A stretch of 61,479 bases of DNA, filler included. It is 5 parts of 5 records of this genome, joined end to end, with 100 filler letters (N's around TTAATTAATTAA, not from the genome) between each part and the next. Parts side by side here need not be neighbours in the genome. Positions count along the whole stretch, not along the records: positions 50,186 to 61,479 come from DRR723986_10647; 4 more parts are not named here. One strand, written 5' to 3'. Both the position numbers and the translations under genes were made by a program. Of the stretch, positions 60,671-61,479 are shown one piece after another. Numbering within the stretch: position 1 is the first letter of the stretch; every line of letters begins with the position of its first letter. The notes under the pieces were generated by a model. It searched no databases and was not told the origin of the DNA. It saw only the letters and a program-made list of their open reading frames with translations.

Positions 60671-61479
60671 GTGAAAATAGGCACACCAAAGGAAATATTT
60701 GACGGGGAAGCGCGCGTTGCGATGACTCCGGACTCAGCGCTGCAGTTGCAGAAACTGGGTTATGACTGTGCGATCGAGAGCGGAGCCGGTGCGGCTGCGG
60801 GTTTCTCGGATGCACTGTACGAAGCTGCGGGTGTTGAGGTCGTCAAGACCGCAGCGGACCTCTGGGCCACGGCGGATATCATCGCTAAAGTCCGTCAGCC
60901 GGATGCAAACGAACTGGAACATCTGACCGACGCGAAAACGTTGATCTCGTTCTTTAACCCTGCGGCTAACACCGAGGGCATGGACGCGGCCAAAGCCAAA
61001 GGCGCCAACGTGATCGCCATGGAAATGGTGCCACGTATTTCGCGCGCTCAAAAAATGGACGCACTGTCGTCGATGGCCAACATCGCGGGCTACCGTGCTG
61101 TCATCGAGGCAGGCAACAACTTTGGTCGCTTCTTCACTGGTCAGATCACGGCGGCGGGCAAAGTTCCCCCGGCCAAGGTTCTGGTTGTGGGCGCGGGTGT
61201 TGCGGGTCTTGCCGCAATCGGCACTTCGACCAGCTTGGGTGCGATTACGCTGGCATTCGACGTGCGGCCCGAAGTGGCCGAGCAGGTTGAATCCATGGGC
61301 GCTGAATTCGTTTATCTGGATTTCGAAGAAGAACAGCAAGATGGCGCAGCCACCGGCGGTTATGCTTCTGTCTCTAGCCCAGAATTCCGCGAAGCGCAGC
61401 TTGCCAAGTTCCGCGAACTGGCCCCCGAAGTCGACATCGTGATCACCACGGCGCTGATCCCCAACCGCGAAGCGCCCGA
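60671..61479 (+). CDS. pntA: NAD(P) transhydrogenase alpha subunit, 5' part (runs off window)
   Basis: KIGTPKE...EARVAMTP, PRISRAQKMDALSSMANIAGYRAV, GAGVAGL; not in the ORF track because there is no stop. Confidence 0.95.
   Translation, partial: MKIGTPKEIFDGEARVAMTPDSALQLQKLGYDCAIESGAGAAAGFSDALYEAAGVEVVKTAADLWATADIIAKVRQPDANELEHLTDAKTLISFFNPAANTEGMDAAKAKGANVIAMEMVPRISRAQKMDALSSMANIAGYRAVIEAGNNFGRFFTGQITAAGKVPPAKVLVVGAGVAGLAAIGTSTSLGAITLAFDVRPEVAEQVESMGAEFVYLDFEEEQQDGAATGGYASVSSPEFREAQLAKFRELAPEVDIVITTALIPNREAP

Noticed and set aside
41279-61479. pntB and pntA in one window
   Set aside because: Different contigs and apparently different organisms
1-61479. CRISPR array, cas, retron reverse transcriptase, transposase, integrase, rRNA
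   Set aside because: No regularly spaced repeats or diagnostic motifs seen on reading

Overview
The window is not one locus. It joins five unrelated contigs with 100-nt artificial linkers (N-run + TTAATTAATTAA + N-run), so neighbourhoods across linkers are meaningless. Taxonomic labels below are inferences from gene style. Contig A (1-10462, probably alphaproteobacterial accessory DNA): quinone-reductase-type MDR, PAS-like histidine kinase, TehA/SLAC1 channel, non-heme haloperoxidase, wHTH-STAND ATPase regulator, short AraC, cysteine hydrolase and a partial betaine-type binding protein. Contig B (10563-34782, marine gammaproteobacterial core genome): sucCD, tetR plus AidB-like dehydrogenase, htpG with a clear sigma-32 promoter, gpsA, sixA, folE, prmB, aroC, tusA, epmC, 5'-3' exonuclease, pdxB, alaA, msrB and the 5' end of tRNA-Glu, with one AT-rich ORFan. 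Contig C (34883-41177): a complete type I restriction-modification locus hsdM-hsdS-hsdR. It is the most unusual part: HsdR carries a ~155-aa in-frame insertion resembling a degenerate GIY-YIG domain, the hsdS-hsdR spacer is packed with hairpins, and an exact 19-bp direct repeat brackets the locus. Contig D (41278-50085, Marinobacter-like): partial pntB, an lldP-lutABC lactate operon with its GntR regulator and two operators, and a stand-alone OvoA-type methyltransferase coupled to mscS behind a glutathione peroxidase. Contig E (50186-61479, Rhodobacteraceae-like): partial peptidase C26, an RTX/Hint protein, an iorAB-type molybdoenzyme with TetR, kynU, an SDR, a SoxH-like protein/rhodanese/ICMT-family trio behind a SqrR-type box, and partial pntA.
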